Virus record (IMG/VR): IMGVR_UViG_3300029615_000175
Location: 1-42,765 of that record
Strand: one strand, 5' to 3'
Source of the DNA: a virus
DNA: 42,765 nt
Shown here in pieces: positions 19,402 to 29,598 of the stretch. The translations under genes and the position numbers were made by a program. Numbering within the stretch: position 1 is the stretch's first letter; every line of letters begins with the position of its first letter. The notes below the pieces were generated by a model. That model saw nothing but the letters and a program-made list of their open reading frames with translations, was not told where the DNA came from and did not search any database.

Positions 19402-20675
19402 AATAATAAAGAAAAATATACAACAACAAGTAAATAAATTATCATTGCAAAGCATAGTTGGAAAAGGATATGCTGAATATTGGCATTGCAAATGTAGATA
19501 TAGAGTATGCAAGGGTTCAAGAGCAAGTAAAAAATCAAAAACAACAGCATTATGGATAATAAGTAATATGATGAAATATAAAGAAGCAAATACACTTGTA
19601 ATTAGAAAAACATTTAGAACATTAAAAGATAGTTGTTTTACAGAATTAAAATGGGCAATACACAGATTACAAGTAGATAGTTTCTGGGAAATAAAAGAAA
19701 GCCCATTAGAAATGACATACAAACCTACAGGACAGAAAATATATTTTAGAGGGTTAGATGATCCGTTAAAAGTAACATCAATATCAGTAGATATTGGTGT
19801 TTTATGTTGGTTGTGGATAGAAGAGGCATATGAAATAACAAAGGAGTCTGATTTTGATGTAATAGACGAAAGTATAAGACGGAGAGGTTCCTGATGGATT
19901 ATTTAAACAAATAACAATAACATTGAATCCTTGGAATGAACATCATTGGATTAAGAAAAGGTTTTTTGATGTTAAAGATGACGATGTATTAGCAATGACA
20001 ACAAATTATCTTTGTAATGAGTGGTTAGATGAAGCTGATAAAAAAGTATTTGAAAGAATGAAAAAGAATAATCCTAGAAGATATCAAGTTGCTGGCTTAG
20101 GAAATTGGGGTATTGTTGATGGATTAGTTTATGAAAATTGGAAAGAAGAAAAATTTGATTTAAATACAATAAGAAATTTAGATAGTGCTTTTGGGTTAGA
20201 TTTTGGTTATACAAATGATCCAACAGCACTATTTTGTGGTGCAATAGATTTAAATAATAAAAAAATTTATGTATATGATGAAATATATCAAAAAGGTATG
20301 AGCAATAAAGCTATATATAACCAAATAAATAAAATGGGCTATTCAAAAGAAAAGATAACGGCAGATAGTGCAGAACCAAAGTCTATTGATGAATTAAGAG
20401 GATTAGGGGTAAGACATATTACAGGAGCACTAAAAGGAAAAGACAGTATAAATAATGGTATTCAATTTATACAAGATTTTGAAATAATAATACATCCTAG
20501 ATGTGTAAACTTTATAACGGAAATAAGTAATTATACATGGGATGAAGACAAGTTTGGAAACAAAATAAATAAACCAATAGATGATTTTAATCATTTGATG
20601 GATGCAATGAGATATGCAGTAGAAAAATACATAAACCAAAAGAAATTACAATTTGGTTATATAAAACCAATATAG
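19385..20675 (+). CDS. terL: Phage terminase large subunit, requires +1 shift at CGG 19880-19882 (about 429 aa)
   Basis: ORF A ends ...VIDESIR-RRGS*; skipping C19880 gives ...VIDESIR-GEVPDGLFKQITITLNPWNEHHWIKKRFFD..., joining directly to ORF 19923-20675 (nuclease domain, SAFGLDFGYTNDPTALF). Confidence 0.93.
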
Positions 20676-20686
20676 GAGGAAACAAA

Positions 20687-22270
20687 ATGATACAATGGAA
20701 TCCAGAAACACTAGAAAATGAAAACAGTGTAGCACAAATATTAATGCTAGCGGATAAGGAATGGAATGCAAGAAAACAATTATATGAAAGAATAAGAAGA
20801 AAGACAGATAATTCGGAATTAGTAAGTATAAATGATGAAAAAATAAAAGTTGCATTTGAAAATTATATTAATTCGATGGTAACTGGATATTTTGCAGGAA
20901 AAGCACCAGTATATGATGTTGAAAAAATATCAGATCCAACAAAATTAAATATAATAAAAAAATTACTTAATAAAGTTTTTAATACAGATACAAACAAAGA
21001 TGAAGAACTAAAAGTATTAATAGATTATATAAGTAAATACAATGATGATGGAACAGAGTACTTTGATTTAGCATTTGATTATTTTGGAATGAGAGGGTGC
21101 TACGAAGTATTATATGAAAATGAAGATAATGAAATAGTATATACAAAACAGAGTGCATTGAATACAATAGGAATATTTGATTATTCAACACCAGTAAAAC
21201 AAATTGGGCAACTAAGAAAATGGACTGAAAGAGATAAAAACGGTGCAGATATAACAATAGTAGAGTTAACAACAATAAATGGTAAAAGATATTATTCACC
21301 AACACCAAATGAGTATGCAAAATTACAAGAAGATAAACAAAAATTTGAAAAAAGTAAATGGAATATGCTTCCTTGCATAGCAATAGAAAATGAAATGGGA
21401 CTATCAAGCTTTGAATTGGTAGTCTCTTTAATTTGTGCTTATGAAAGAGTAATACAAAATAGTAGAAATACATTTCAATACAATGACGATGCAAAATTAA
21501 AGATAACAGGATTTACACCACAAAATGATTTGATGACAACAAAATTAGATTCAGAAGGAAATCCAGAATTAGATGAAAATGGGCAACCCAAACAAGTAGT
21601 TAATAAAGCAAGAGAAGAAGAAGATAAAGCATTATTAAAAATGCAAGTATTTTATACACCAGATAATACAGGAGATATTGCTTGGGTCGAAAAATCAGTA
21701 CAAGACACAGCACTAGAAAATCATAAAAAGACATTAATAGATTTAATAGCAATGATAAGTGGAGTACCTAATATAACAGATTTAGGATTTACAAATGCAG
21801 ATAATGCAAGTGCATTAGATAGAAAATTCTTTGCATTAGAGCAAATGATAACAGATGCAGATAAACACTTTAAACAAGCGATATTAAGAAGATGGGAAAC
21901 AATTATAGACAGAATAAATAAAAGAAAACATAAATCTTATGATTTTAGAAGTATAAAAATAGATTTACAAAGAAATCTACCAACTGACAAAGATACGGAG
22001 ACAACAAGAGCATTAAAACTAAGGGGATTGTTAAGTGATGCATCGATTATTGATATGTTACCTGATGACTTAGATAGTAATTCGGAGTTAGAAAAGATAG
22101 ATAAACAAAATGAAGAAAATATGCAAAAAAATCTAGAGAATATGACTAAATTTGGACAAGATAGTAACGGAAAAGTAGGTGATGCAAATGGAAATGTGGA
22201 AGTACCACGACCAACAGATGCAAAAACTGAAAACGATATATCAAAAGACAACCAAGCAAACTCAAAATAG
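20687..22270 (+). CDS. SPP1-type portal protein
   Basis: VTGYFAGKAPVYD..., DIAWVEKSVQDTALENHKKTLIDLIAMISGVPNITD. Confidence 0.92.
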   Translation: MIQWNPETLENENSVAQILMLADKEWNARKQLYERIRRKTDNSELVSINDEKIKVAFENYINSMVTGYFAGKAPVYDVEKISDPTKLNIIKKLLNKVFNTDTNKDEELKVLIDYISKYNDDGTEYFDLAFDYFGMRGCYEVLYENEDNEIVYTKQSALNTIGIFDYSTPVKQIGQLRKWTERDKNGADITIVELTTINGKRYYSPTPNEYAKLQEDKQKFEKSKWNMLPCIAIENEMGLSSFELVVSLICAYERVIQNSRNTFQYNDDAKLKITGFTPQNDLMTTKLDSEGNPELDENGQPKQVVNKAREEEDKALLKMQVFYTPDNTGDIAWVEKSVQDTALENHKKTLIDLIAMISGVPNITDLGFTNADNASALDRKFFALEQMITDADKHFKQAILRRWETIIDRINKRKHKSYDFRSIKIDLQRNLPTDKDTETTRALKLRGLLSDASIIDMLPDDLDSNSELEKIDKQNEENMQKNLENMTKFGQDSNGKVGDANGNVEVPRPTDAKTENDISKDNQANSK

Positions 22271-23784
22271 ATTACAAGAATTATTTGACACATTTAACTT
22301 TACAACAGAAAACATCTATAATATAGCTGATAATAAAACTAAAAAAAGAGTAAATACATATATAGAGCAATGGAAAGAACAAGGACTACTAAAAAGCAAT
22401 AATTATTTTACTGTACTAGCAAACAATATTTATAAAAGAACAAGAGTAAAGAATAGTGAAATACTAGAATTGCTTATTTATAGTGCATATATAGAAGAAC
22501 AAAACAAACTTGAAAAACAAGAAAACCAGATAATGTACGAAGATGCTAACTACTACTATGAACAAGGACAACAAGAAGTAACTAAAAATAAAAAGCCATC
22601 AATATTAGAGTTGGCTTTCTTTCTTGCGTTATTAGATCAACCAAACTATAGTCGGACTAACTTGGAAACAATATATTGAAACAACAATACAATATAATGC
22701 ACAACAAATATATAAACAAGCAATTCTAAACATACAACAACAAAAAGACCTAGAAATCGATTCTAGTGAGTTTCAAACAATAATAAACAGACAAAACAAT
22801 CAAAAACTTAATATAAATAATGATAAAATCTCAGGTGCAGCGGATTTGCAAGCGATAGGACTAAACAATTTAGCAAAAGTACAAGGAATAAAATTAAATG
22901 CAGATGATAATGCACAAGTTGAATTTTGGGCAGTAACTGATGAACATAGTACTGAGATGTGTCAATCAATGAATATGATGAGATTTTATATTAATAAAGA
23001 GAATAAGTTTGATAGATATTGGGGAAATAGTAAAAAAGATATTAAGCTTATGCCAGTTAGGGTAAATGGGCTGGTACCTGGTATTAATTTACCTCCAATA
23101 ATGTACTATTGGCATTGGTGCAGGAGTACGATAAGATATGTTTCACCAGTTGCAAAACAAGGAAAAACAGAGTATAATCTTGATATACCTAAAATAAGCA
23201 AAGAAATAAGAAAAATATTGAATAACACAAAATTAAATTCTGATGTAAAAAAATTGTTCAATAAGTATTTAACAGAGAATAATGCAGAAATAAATAACAA
23301 CTTAGATGTTCCAATGCGATATAGTGTTGACGACGATAAAATATATGTAAATCCAAATCACTCAGATTTTAAATATTATGATTTACAAGAAAGCTTAACA
23401 CATGAAATTATACATATGATAGATAATAGAAAACAAATTACATTGAATAATCATGATTTTATTGAAACTCAAATAAATTTAGCAAATATTGAGATTATGA
23501 AAGAAAAAAATAGATATATAGATCTATTTATGAATGATAGTAATTATGAAGAAAACATGACTATAAGTGATATATTTTCAGCAGTAACAAATAATCAAAT
23601 AAAAGGTGCTTTTTATCACGATAGTTCTAAGTGGAAAAAACATAGTATTAAGTATAGTGAAGTAGTATCAAACATATTAACTGCAGATATAACAAACAAT
23701 AAATACTCTTTAGAATTGATAAAAGAAATAAAGCCATTAAATAGAATTAGAGAAAGGTTGTTAAAGGAATATGAAATTATCTGA
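22218..23784 (+). CDS. Minor head (SPP1 gp7-like) protein with C-terminal HExxH domain, requires +1 shift at CGG 22653-22655 (about 521 aa)
   Basis: ORF A ends ...PNYS-RTNLETIY*; skipping C22653 gives SGLTWKQYIETTIQYNAQQIYKQAILNIQQQKDLEIDSSEFQTIINRQNNQKLNINNDKISGAADLQAIGLNN..., joining ORF 22846-23784 without a stop. C-terminal part has QESLTHEIIHMID. Confidence 0.9.
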
Positions 23785-23908
23785 CAAAGCATATAAATTA
23801 AGAGAAAGATATAAAGAAAAATATAATAAACAACCAAAAGGTTGGGAATATGACAAAGAAACAATGAAAGAATATGAAGAATATTTAGAAAAAGAATTAG
23901 AAAAGTAG
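23771..23908 (+). CDS. Small phage protein, 45 aa (not in ORF track)
   Basis: MKLSDKAYKLRERYKEKYNKQPKGWEYDKETMKEYEEYLEKELEK, overlaps upstream gene end. Confidence 0.55.
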   Translation: MKLSDKAYKLRERYKEKYNKQPKGWEYDKETMKEYEEYLEKELEK

Positions 23909-23921
23909 AGGGGATATTTAA

Positions 23922-24248
23922 ATGAAAATATTGACATATTTATCTAAAGAAAAAATCAATAGCGTTGTCAAATTAAAAGAAAGCTATGATTTTAATATAG
24001 ATATTAATAATAAGAAATATGAAGCAACTTTATATGGATATTCTGTTGTTATTGATTTTTCTGGTGGCGAAATAATTAATAGTAAAATTAAAATAAGAAA
24101 TATAAGCTTTGAAGATATGAGTATATTAAATTTTCAAGTAGGACAAAGAATCCAAATTGATGATGAAGATTATTATGTGTCTAATATAATAGCAGAAGGC
24201 TTTTGCCAAAGAGTAGAAGTAACAATGGTTAAAAAGATAAAAGAGTAA
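23922..24248 (+). CDS. Hypothetical phage protein
   Basis: ORF. Confidence 0.6.
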   Translation: MKILTYLSKEKINSVVKLKESYDFNIDINNKKYEATLYGYSVVIDFSGGEIINSKIKIRNISFEDMSILNFQVGQRIQIDDEDYYVSNIIAEGFCQRVEVTMVKKIKE

Positions 24249-24256
24249 ATACAAAA

Positions 24257-24442
24257 TTGTATTTACTCTTTTATTATGGAAAGAAGGTAGGAAATATGTG
24301 GTTGTTAGTTTTAATATTAAGCATTAAATTACAAATGCCAACTTGGTATTGGATTGTATTTACTATAATTACGATATTTAGACCAATTATTTGGGTAGTT
24401 AAATATAATTTTGCTGATGGATATATGAAAGCAATAGAATAA
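24257..24442 (+). CDS. Small membrane protein
   Basis: Hydrophobic ORF. Confidence 0.45.
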   Translation: MYLLFYYGKKVGNMWLLVLILSIKLQMPTWYWIVFTIITIFRPIIWVVKYNFADGYMKAIE

Positions 24443-24484
24443 AGATAATAAATAAGTTAATAACATTTTATAATTATAAATTTT

Positions 24485-24510
24485 TAGACGTAGACGTACG
24501 TCTATTTTTT
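24485..24510 (+). terminator. Rho-independent terminator upstream of scaffold/capsid operon
   Basis: TAGACGTA-GACG-TACGTCTA then TTTTTT. Confidence 0.85.
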
Positions 24511-24601
24511 ATGCCTTTTTACTGATTGCAGGCTATAAAGAACAACAGAATTTTTAAATGTAACAATTTGGGCAGAAGAACAAATTGGGATAGGAGAAAA
24601 T

Positions 24602-25189
24602 ATGGAAGGCGAAAACCAAAACGCAAATAACACAAATACTGATGTAAACGGGGCAAATAATGCAACGGATAATAATCAAAACAATCAAACACAAACTTTT
24701 GATGATGTTTTATCTAACAAAGAATATCAAGCAGAATTTGATAGAAGAGTTCAAAAAGCAATTCAAACACATGAAACAAAATTAAAAGAACAATGGAAAT
24801 TAGAGCAAGACACACAAAAGTCAGAAGCTGAAAAGTTAGCTCAAATGAACGAAACTCAAAAACTTCAATATCAATTGAAGAAACAAGAGGAAGCAAACCA
24901 AGAAATTCAAAGAAAGTTAAATGCTAGAGATTTAAAAGATGAAGCTTTTAAAATAGCAACTACACAAGATACAGCATTTGACCCAGAATTTTTAAATCTT
25001 TTTGATTATGGAAATATGACAGCAGAGCAATTACAAGAAAAAACAAAGCTTATAAAAGCAATTCAAGACAGAATTGTTGAGAAAGCAGTAAATGAGTGGT
25101 CAAAAGAAAAGCCACCATACAATCCAGACCCATCTGGTAATAAGTCAAGTGCTGATGAAGCAATAAGAAAGGCAATGGGATTAAAGTAA
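24602..25189 (+). CDS. Scaffolding protein (DUF4355-like)
   Basis: Charged coiled coil directly upstream of major capsid protein. Confidence 0.8.
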   Translation: MEGENQNANNTNTDVNGANNATDNNQNNQTQTFDDVLSNKEYQAEFDRRVQKAIQTHETKLKEQWKLEQDTQKSEAEKLAQMNETQKLQYQLKKQEEANQEIQRKLNARDLKDEAFKIATTQDTAFDPEFLNLFDYGNMTAEQLQEKTKLIKAIQDRIVEKAVNEWSKEKPPYNPDPSGNKSSADEAIRKAMGLK

Positions 25190-25206
25190 GAAAGGAAGAA
25201 TAAACA

Positions 25207-26193
25207 ATGAATAATATTGAATTATCAACAATATACTTACCAAAACTAGATGAAGTATATAAAAATGAAGCAAAAACATCTATATTAGATGGAGACGAAA
25301 CAACAGTACAAAAAGGATTAAATGGAGAAATTAAAGTAGCTAAACTAGATATGGATGGTTTAGGAGACTTTGACAGAAATTCAGGATACACAAAAGGTTC
25401 AACAAGTTTTAAGTGGGAAACAGTAAAATATGATAAAGAAAGAAGTCAAGATTTAAGAATTGACAGATTAGACAATCAAGAAGCATTAGGATTGCCATTC
25501 GCAAGATTATCTGGAGAATTTGTAAGAACAAAAGTTGTTCCAGAAACTGATGCAGCGAGAATAGCAAAAATAGCAGGAGTAGATGGAATATCAAGAAAGA
25601 AAGAAACAATTTCTGATGGTGCAGGAGTTGTAAGTGCATTAAGAGCATGTACAAATAAAATGGATGAGGATGAAGTTTCAACAGAAAATAGAATCTTATT
25701 TATAACACCAACACTAAAAGGAATGGTTGACGATTTAGATACAACTAAATCAAAAAAAGTACTAGAAAGATTTTCAACAATAATTGAAGTTCCACAAACA
25801 AGAATGTATACAGCAATAACATTAAATAGTGGAAAAGAAAATTATGGATACCAAAAAGCAAAAGACACATACATTAAGTCAAAAGATACAGCTGTAGTAT
25901 CAGGAAAGACATATTACACAGAAAATTCTGGAACATATTCAAAAGTAAATTCTCCAACAGGAAATCCTTCAACATCAGACTATTACGAATTAATAGAAGG
26001 TGGAAAAGATATAAACTTCTTATGTGTTGAAAAATCTGCAGCAGTAACAGCTATGGACCAATACATAAAATACTTTACACCAGATCAAGACCAAAGTGGA
26101 GATGACAATGTATTTAAATACAGAAACAATAACTTATATGGACATGTATATGAAAACAAATTAGCTGGTGTATACTGCTCATACGAAGGATAG
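25207..26193 (+). CDS. Major capsid protein
   Basis: KLDMDGLGDFDRNSGYTKGSTSFKWETVKYDKERSQDLRIDRLDNQEA... Confidence 0.88.
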   Translation: MNNIELSTIYLPKLDEVYKNEAKTSILDGDETTVQKGLNGEIKVAKLDMDGLGDFDRNSGYTKGSTSFKWETVKYDKERSQDLRIDRLDNQEALGLPFARLSGEFVRTKVVPETDAARIAKIAGVDGISRKKETISDGAGVVSALRACTNKMDEDEVSTENRILFITPTLKGMVDDLDTTKSKKVLERFSTIIEVPQTRMYTAITLNSGKENYGYQKAKDTYIKSKDTAVVSGKTYYTENSGTYSKVNSPTGNPSTSDYYELIEGGKDINFLCVEKSAAVTAMDQYIKYFTPDQDQSGDDNVFKYRNNNLYGHVYENKLAGVYCSYEG

Positions 26194-26204
26194 GAGGTAC
26201 TAAG

Positions 26205-26312
26205 ATGGCAACATTTATAGGACTAAAAGTAAATAAAGAAGAAAAAGAAGTTAAGCCTAAAGCTAAGAAAGAAGAAATAAAAAAGACTGAAACAAAAACT
26301 GAAAAAGAATAA
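26205..26312 (+). CDS. Small Lys/Glu-rich protein, 35 aa (not in ORF track)
   Basis: MATFIGLKVNKEEKEVKPKAKKEEIKKTETKTEKE, taggaggt RBS. Confidence 0.5.
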   Translation: MATFIGLKVNKEEKEVKPKAKKEEIKKTETKTEKE

Positions 26313-26330
26313 ACAGGGAGGCAATAGAAA

Positions 26331-26630
26331 ATGGACGATAATATAGATAAAATAACAAATGATTTAGGACCTAATTATAGAGGTGACGACAAGGTATTAA
26401 AAGAAATATTAGAGGAAGTTAGTTCTATTGCCTCTGATATTTCTAATAGGCAAAAAGATGATGAAAAGTTATTTCCATACATAAAAAAAGCTGTAAAAGC
26501 GATCTATTTGTCAAGAGGTGCAGAAGGATTAACAAGCAGAAATGAAGGTTCTATTTCAACATCATATGAAGATATTATAGACAAATTAAGAAATGACATT
26601 ATAAAATCTGGTTTAAGGAGGATTAAATAA
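26331..26630 (+). CDS. Head-tail connector protein
   Basis: Position and size. Confidence 0.65.
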   Translation: MDDNIDKITNDLGPNYRGDDKVLKEILEEVSSIASDISNRQKDDEKLFPYIKKAVKAIYLSRGAEGLTSRNEGSISTSYEDIIDKLRNDIIKSGLRRIK

Positions 26631-26959
26631 TGTTATTACGAGATTTAACAAAAGTATATATATCTAAATATGAAGAAATAGAAGACCACGGCGAAACAGA
26701 CCAAGTATGGAAATATAAAGGCATAGCTTGGTTAAATATGCAACAAGACGTCAATGAGTTAGATAGAAAGTCTACTGGTGAAGTGGATTATAGCACTTAT
26801 AAAGGAAGAACAACAAATGAATATGACATACAAAAAGGTAATGGAATATCATTTGAAGATATCTCAAAATTAGAGGAGTTTAAGCCTCAATATAAAGTAA
26901 CTGATAAAAATAAAATCGGAAGTACTTATTTATATATATGTGAGAAGGTGCAAGAATGA
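26630..26959 (+). CDS. Head completion / head closure protein
   Basis: Position and size. Confidence 0.6.
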   Translation: MLLRDLTKVYISKYEEIEDHGETDQVWKYKGIAWLNMQQDVNELDRKSTGEVDYSTYKGRTTNEYDIQKGNGISFEDISKLEEFKPQYKVTDKNKIGSTYLYICEKVQE

Positions 26960-27495
26960 TAAATTTCAATTGTAATATAAAAGTAAAACATAATTTCAAA
27001 AATATAAGTGCTATAGCTCAAAAATTGCCCCAAATAGCAAAAGAAATAACAGAAGATGTGTTAAATAACATTAGAGGTTATGCTATAAAGCTAGAAAAAG
27101 GGCACAACGAAAATGGTATATTAGTTGAAATGATTGATATGTCTACAAAAGAGGTAAAAGGAAGGGTTTATGCAGACCCTTCTAAATTTATGTCTAATGG
27201 AGTTTCATATTTATTTTTTGAATACTTTGGAACTGGTGCCAATGCTGAGATGGAACATGTGGGAAAAACCAAACACTTCATTCAAAGTGGCTATACAGAA
27301 TGGTTTATTCCAGTAAGTAAAGTCGAAAAAGCATTATCATATCCAGTTGTAAATATTCAAGGAATAGATTTTTATATAGCTCATGGAAGTAAGGCAAATC
27401 ACTTCATGGGTGATGCTAGTTTCCAAAATAGAGAAGAGAATGTAGAATTTGCAAAGAAAAAAATAGAAGAAATGTTGAAAGAGGTGTGTAAATGA
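26956..27495 (+). CDS. HK97 gp10-like tail completion protein
   Basis: Position and N-terminal helical pattern, GTGANAEME. Confidence 0.6.
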   Translation: MINFNCNIKVKHNFKNISAIAQKLPQIAKEITEDVLNNIRGYAIKLEKGHNENGILVEMIDMSTKEVKGRVYADPSKFMSNGVSYLFFEYFGTGANAEMEHVGKTKHFIQSGYTEWFIPVSKVEKALSYPVVNIQGIDFYIAHGSKANHFMGDASFQNREENVEFAKKKIEEMLKEVCK

Positions 27496-27878
27496 AAGAT
27501 TTAAGTATAAAAGAGTTTAGTGATTTAGTATATGAAAAGCTAGAATCATTAAAATATAAACAAATATTGACAAATCCAACAACTACAAGTAAATTTCCTT
27601 GTCTTGAATTACATACAACTTTGAAATCTGTAAATAAAACAGAAAACGCATTTCCAATTCGTTCTACATTTCAAATATCAATAACTTGTTGGAATGAAAA
27701 GCAACGTCAGGCTATGCAAATGACAGATGAAGTTAGTACAAAACTTCAAGAATATAATTTTATAAGGACAAATACCAGTCCAGCAGTATATGATCCTATA
27801 TTGCAAAAATACGGTATAACAATAATATTTGAGGTTCGTTATAATTCAATAACGACCTCTTTTAATTTTATAAAATAA
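27492..27878 (+). CDS. Tail terminator protein
   Basis: Position, size and sequence pattern. Confidence 0.65.
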   Translation: MKDLSIKEFSDLVYEKLESLKYKQILTNPTTTSKFPCLELHTTLKSVNKTENAFPIRSTFQISITCWNEKQRQAMQMTDEVSTKLQEYNFIRTNTSPAVYDPILQKYGITIIFEVRYNSITTSFNFIK

Positions 27879-27894
27879 TAAGGAGGAATTAGAA

Positions 27895-28374
27895 ATGGCA
27901 GATACACCAGCAACAACAACACCACAAGTTGCAATGAAGGCAGAAGTATCATATGCAACAACATTAACAGGAAATAGAACTAAAATTGGTTATGTTCAAA
28001 AAGTAGGACAATTAAAGACACTAAAAGAAGGGCAAACATATAGTGCATTAGATTTAGATGAAGAAAGGATGGCAAAGGGAAAAAGAAAAGCAGAAGCAGT
28101 TGATATCGAAATGATGTTTATACAAGAAGTACATAAAGCAATGGGAGTTATAGCAGATGCAGATACAGAAATATATTTATTTGTTAAATATCCAGAGTCA
28201 ACAGCATCAGTTGCAAGTAAACCACTTGTACAAACAGTAAAATGCACAATAGATATTGCAGGACAAGAAATGAATGATGGGGATTTCATAAAAGATACTA
28301 TGAGAGTATTTAAAAATTCAAAAGTAGTAGAAACAGATGGATATCCAGTTGAAGAAGATTCAACAAAATTTTAA
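27895..28374 (+). CDS. Major tail tube protein
   Basis: ATTLTGNRTKIGYVQKVGQLKTLKEGQTYSALDLDEERMAKG; position. Confidence 0.75.
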   Translation: MADTPATTTPQVAMKAEVSYATTLTGNRTKIGYVQKVGQLKTLKEGQTYSALDLDEERMAKGKRKAEAVDIEMMFIQEVHKAMGVIADADTEIYLFVKYPESTASVASKPLVQTVKCTIDIAGQEMNDGDFIKDTMRVFKNSKVVETDGYPVEEDSTKF

Positions 28375-28417
28375 GGGGAGGCTTTGAGCCTTCTCTCTTT
28401 TGCAAAGGAGAGAAAAA

Positions 28418-28858
28418 ATGATAATAGAAACAAAAAACAAAACAATTAATTTAGTACTAAAAACAAGAAAAATAGTAGACATAGCTAATCTACTAAAAAA
28501 CAAAAATTTTGAAGAAGCTTTTACAAAAGCATATTCAGAACTAGACATGGAAGCATTGTCAAAAATAATATTTAAGTTAGCAGAAGATGAGGATGGGAAA
28601 AGTGTATTTGCAACATCTGGCGAAGTATATGATTTTATGGATGAATGTAGGGCAGACGGAATAACAATTAATGATTTATATGGAAAAGTAGCAGAGGCGT
28701 TGAATGAAGAGGGTTTTTTCAAAAAGAAGATGTCAAAGAAGGAACTAAAAGAAATGACATCAAATCCGTTGTCAACAATGAATATGAACGAATTAATTCG
28801 AAAGTCAGCAGAAGTAGCTGTAAACAAAATGACGGAACAAATTATATCAGAAATTTAA
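28418..28858 (+). CDS. Tail assembly chaperone (gpG-like)
   Basis: Size and position between tail tube and tape measure. Confidence 0.65.
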   Translation: MIIETKNKTINLVLKTRKIVDIANLLKNKNFEEAFTKAYSELDMEALSKIIFKLAEDEDGKSVFATSGEVYDFMDECRADGITINDLYGKVAEALNEEGFFKKKMSKKELKEMTSNPLSTMNMNELIRKSAEVAVNKMTEQIISEI

Positions 28859-28920
28859 AAGATATAAATATAAAAATAAAAAATTCAAAAAATGTAGTTG
28901 AACTAATAAATGCATTAGAA

Positions 28921-29196
28921 ATGTTTGCATATTATTGGGGAATGAAACCACATGAGTTTTGGAATTGTAGATATTCTGAAATAAAAAACTATTGCCAGGC
29001 TAATTTGGCAAAGAAAAATGATGATTTAATAGATGCAATAAATTTACAAGAAGCAGCAACAAACAAGCTAATAGCAGGTGATTGTATGAACCAAAATGCA
29101 AAAGTAATCCTTATTAGAGATAATTACAAAGAACTTTTTGAGTCGCAAGAAGAAGTTCAAACTTTAGAAGAACAAAGAATGTTGTTTAAAGGTTAA
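28921..29196 (+). CDS. Tail assembly chaperone second part (gpT-like)
   Basis: MKPHEFWNCRYSEIKNY...; -1 frame relative to 28418-28858 and open upstream across that gene's stop. Confidence 0.55.
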   Translation: MFAYYWGMKPHEFWNCRYSEIKNYCQANLAKKNDDLIDAINLQEAATNKLIAGDCMNQNAKVILIRDNYKELFESQEEVQTLEEQRMLFKG

Positions 29197-29293
29197 AAAA
29201 ATATAAAAAAAATAAATTTTCGACAGTTTTCGACAATATTTTCAAATAGTTTATAATATAATTTTCACATAAATAAAAAAGGAGGAGATATAT

Positions 29294-29539
29294 ATGGCTC
29301 ATTATCAAACAATGACATCAGATAAAAATAAAGATACAGCATTAATAATGTGCATATTTGGAGGATGGTTTGGTTTACATCAATATTATGTTGGAAATAT
29401 AGGAAAAGGATTATTATATACATTTACTTTTGGGTTATGTATGATTGGATGGTTCCTAGATACAATAAAGATACTGTTGGGAAGCTTCAGGGACAATGTC
29501 GGAGCACCATTAAGAGCAACTAAAAAACAAAATAATTAA
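29294..29539 (+). CDS. TM2 domain membrane protein
   Basis: DTALIMCIFGGWFGLHQYYVGNIGKGLLYTFTFGLCMIGWFLD. Confidence 0.85.
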   Translation: MAHYQTMTSDKNKDTALIMCIFGGWFGLHQYYVGNIGKGLLYTFTFGLCMIGWFLDTIKILLGSFRDNVGAPLRATKKQNN

Positions 29540-29598
29540 GAAACACTTACTTAGGTAGGTGTTTTTTTATGCAAAAATACAGAAAGGAGGAATATCTT

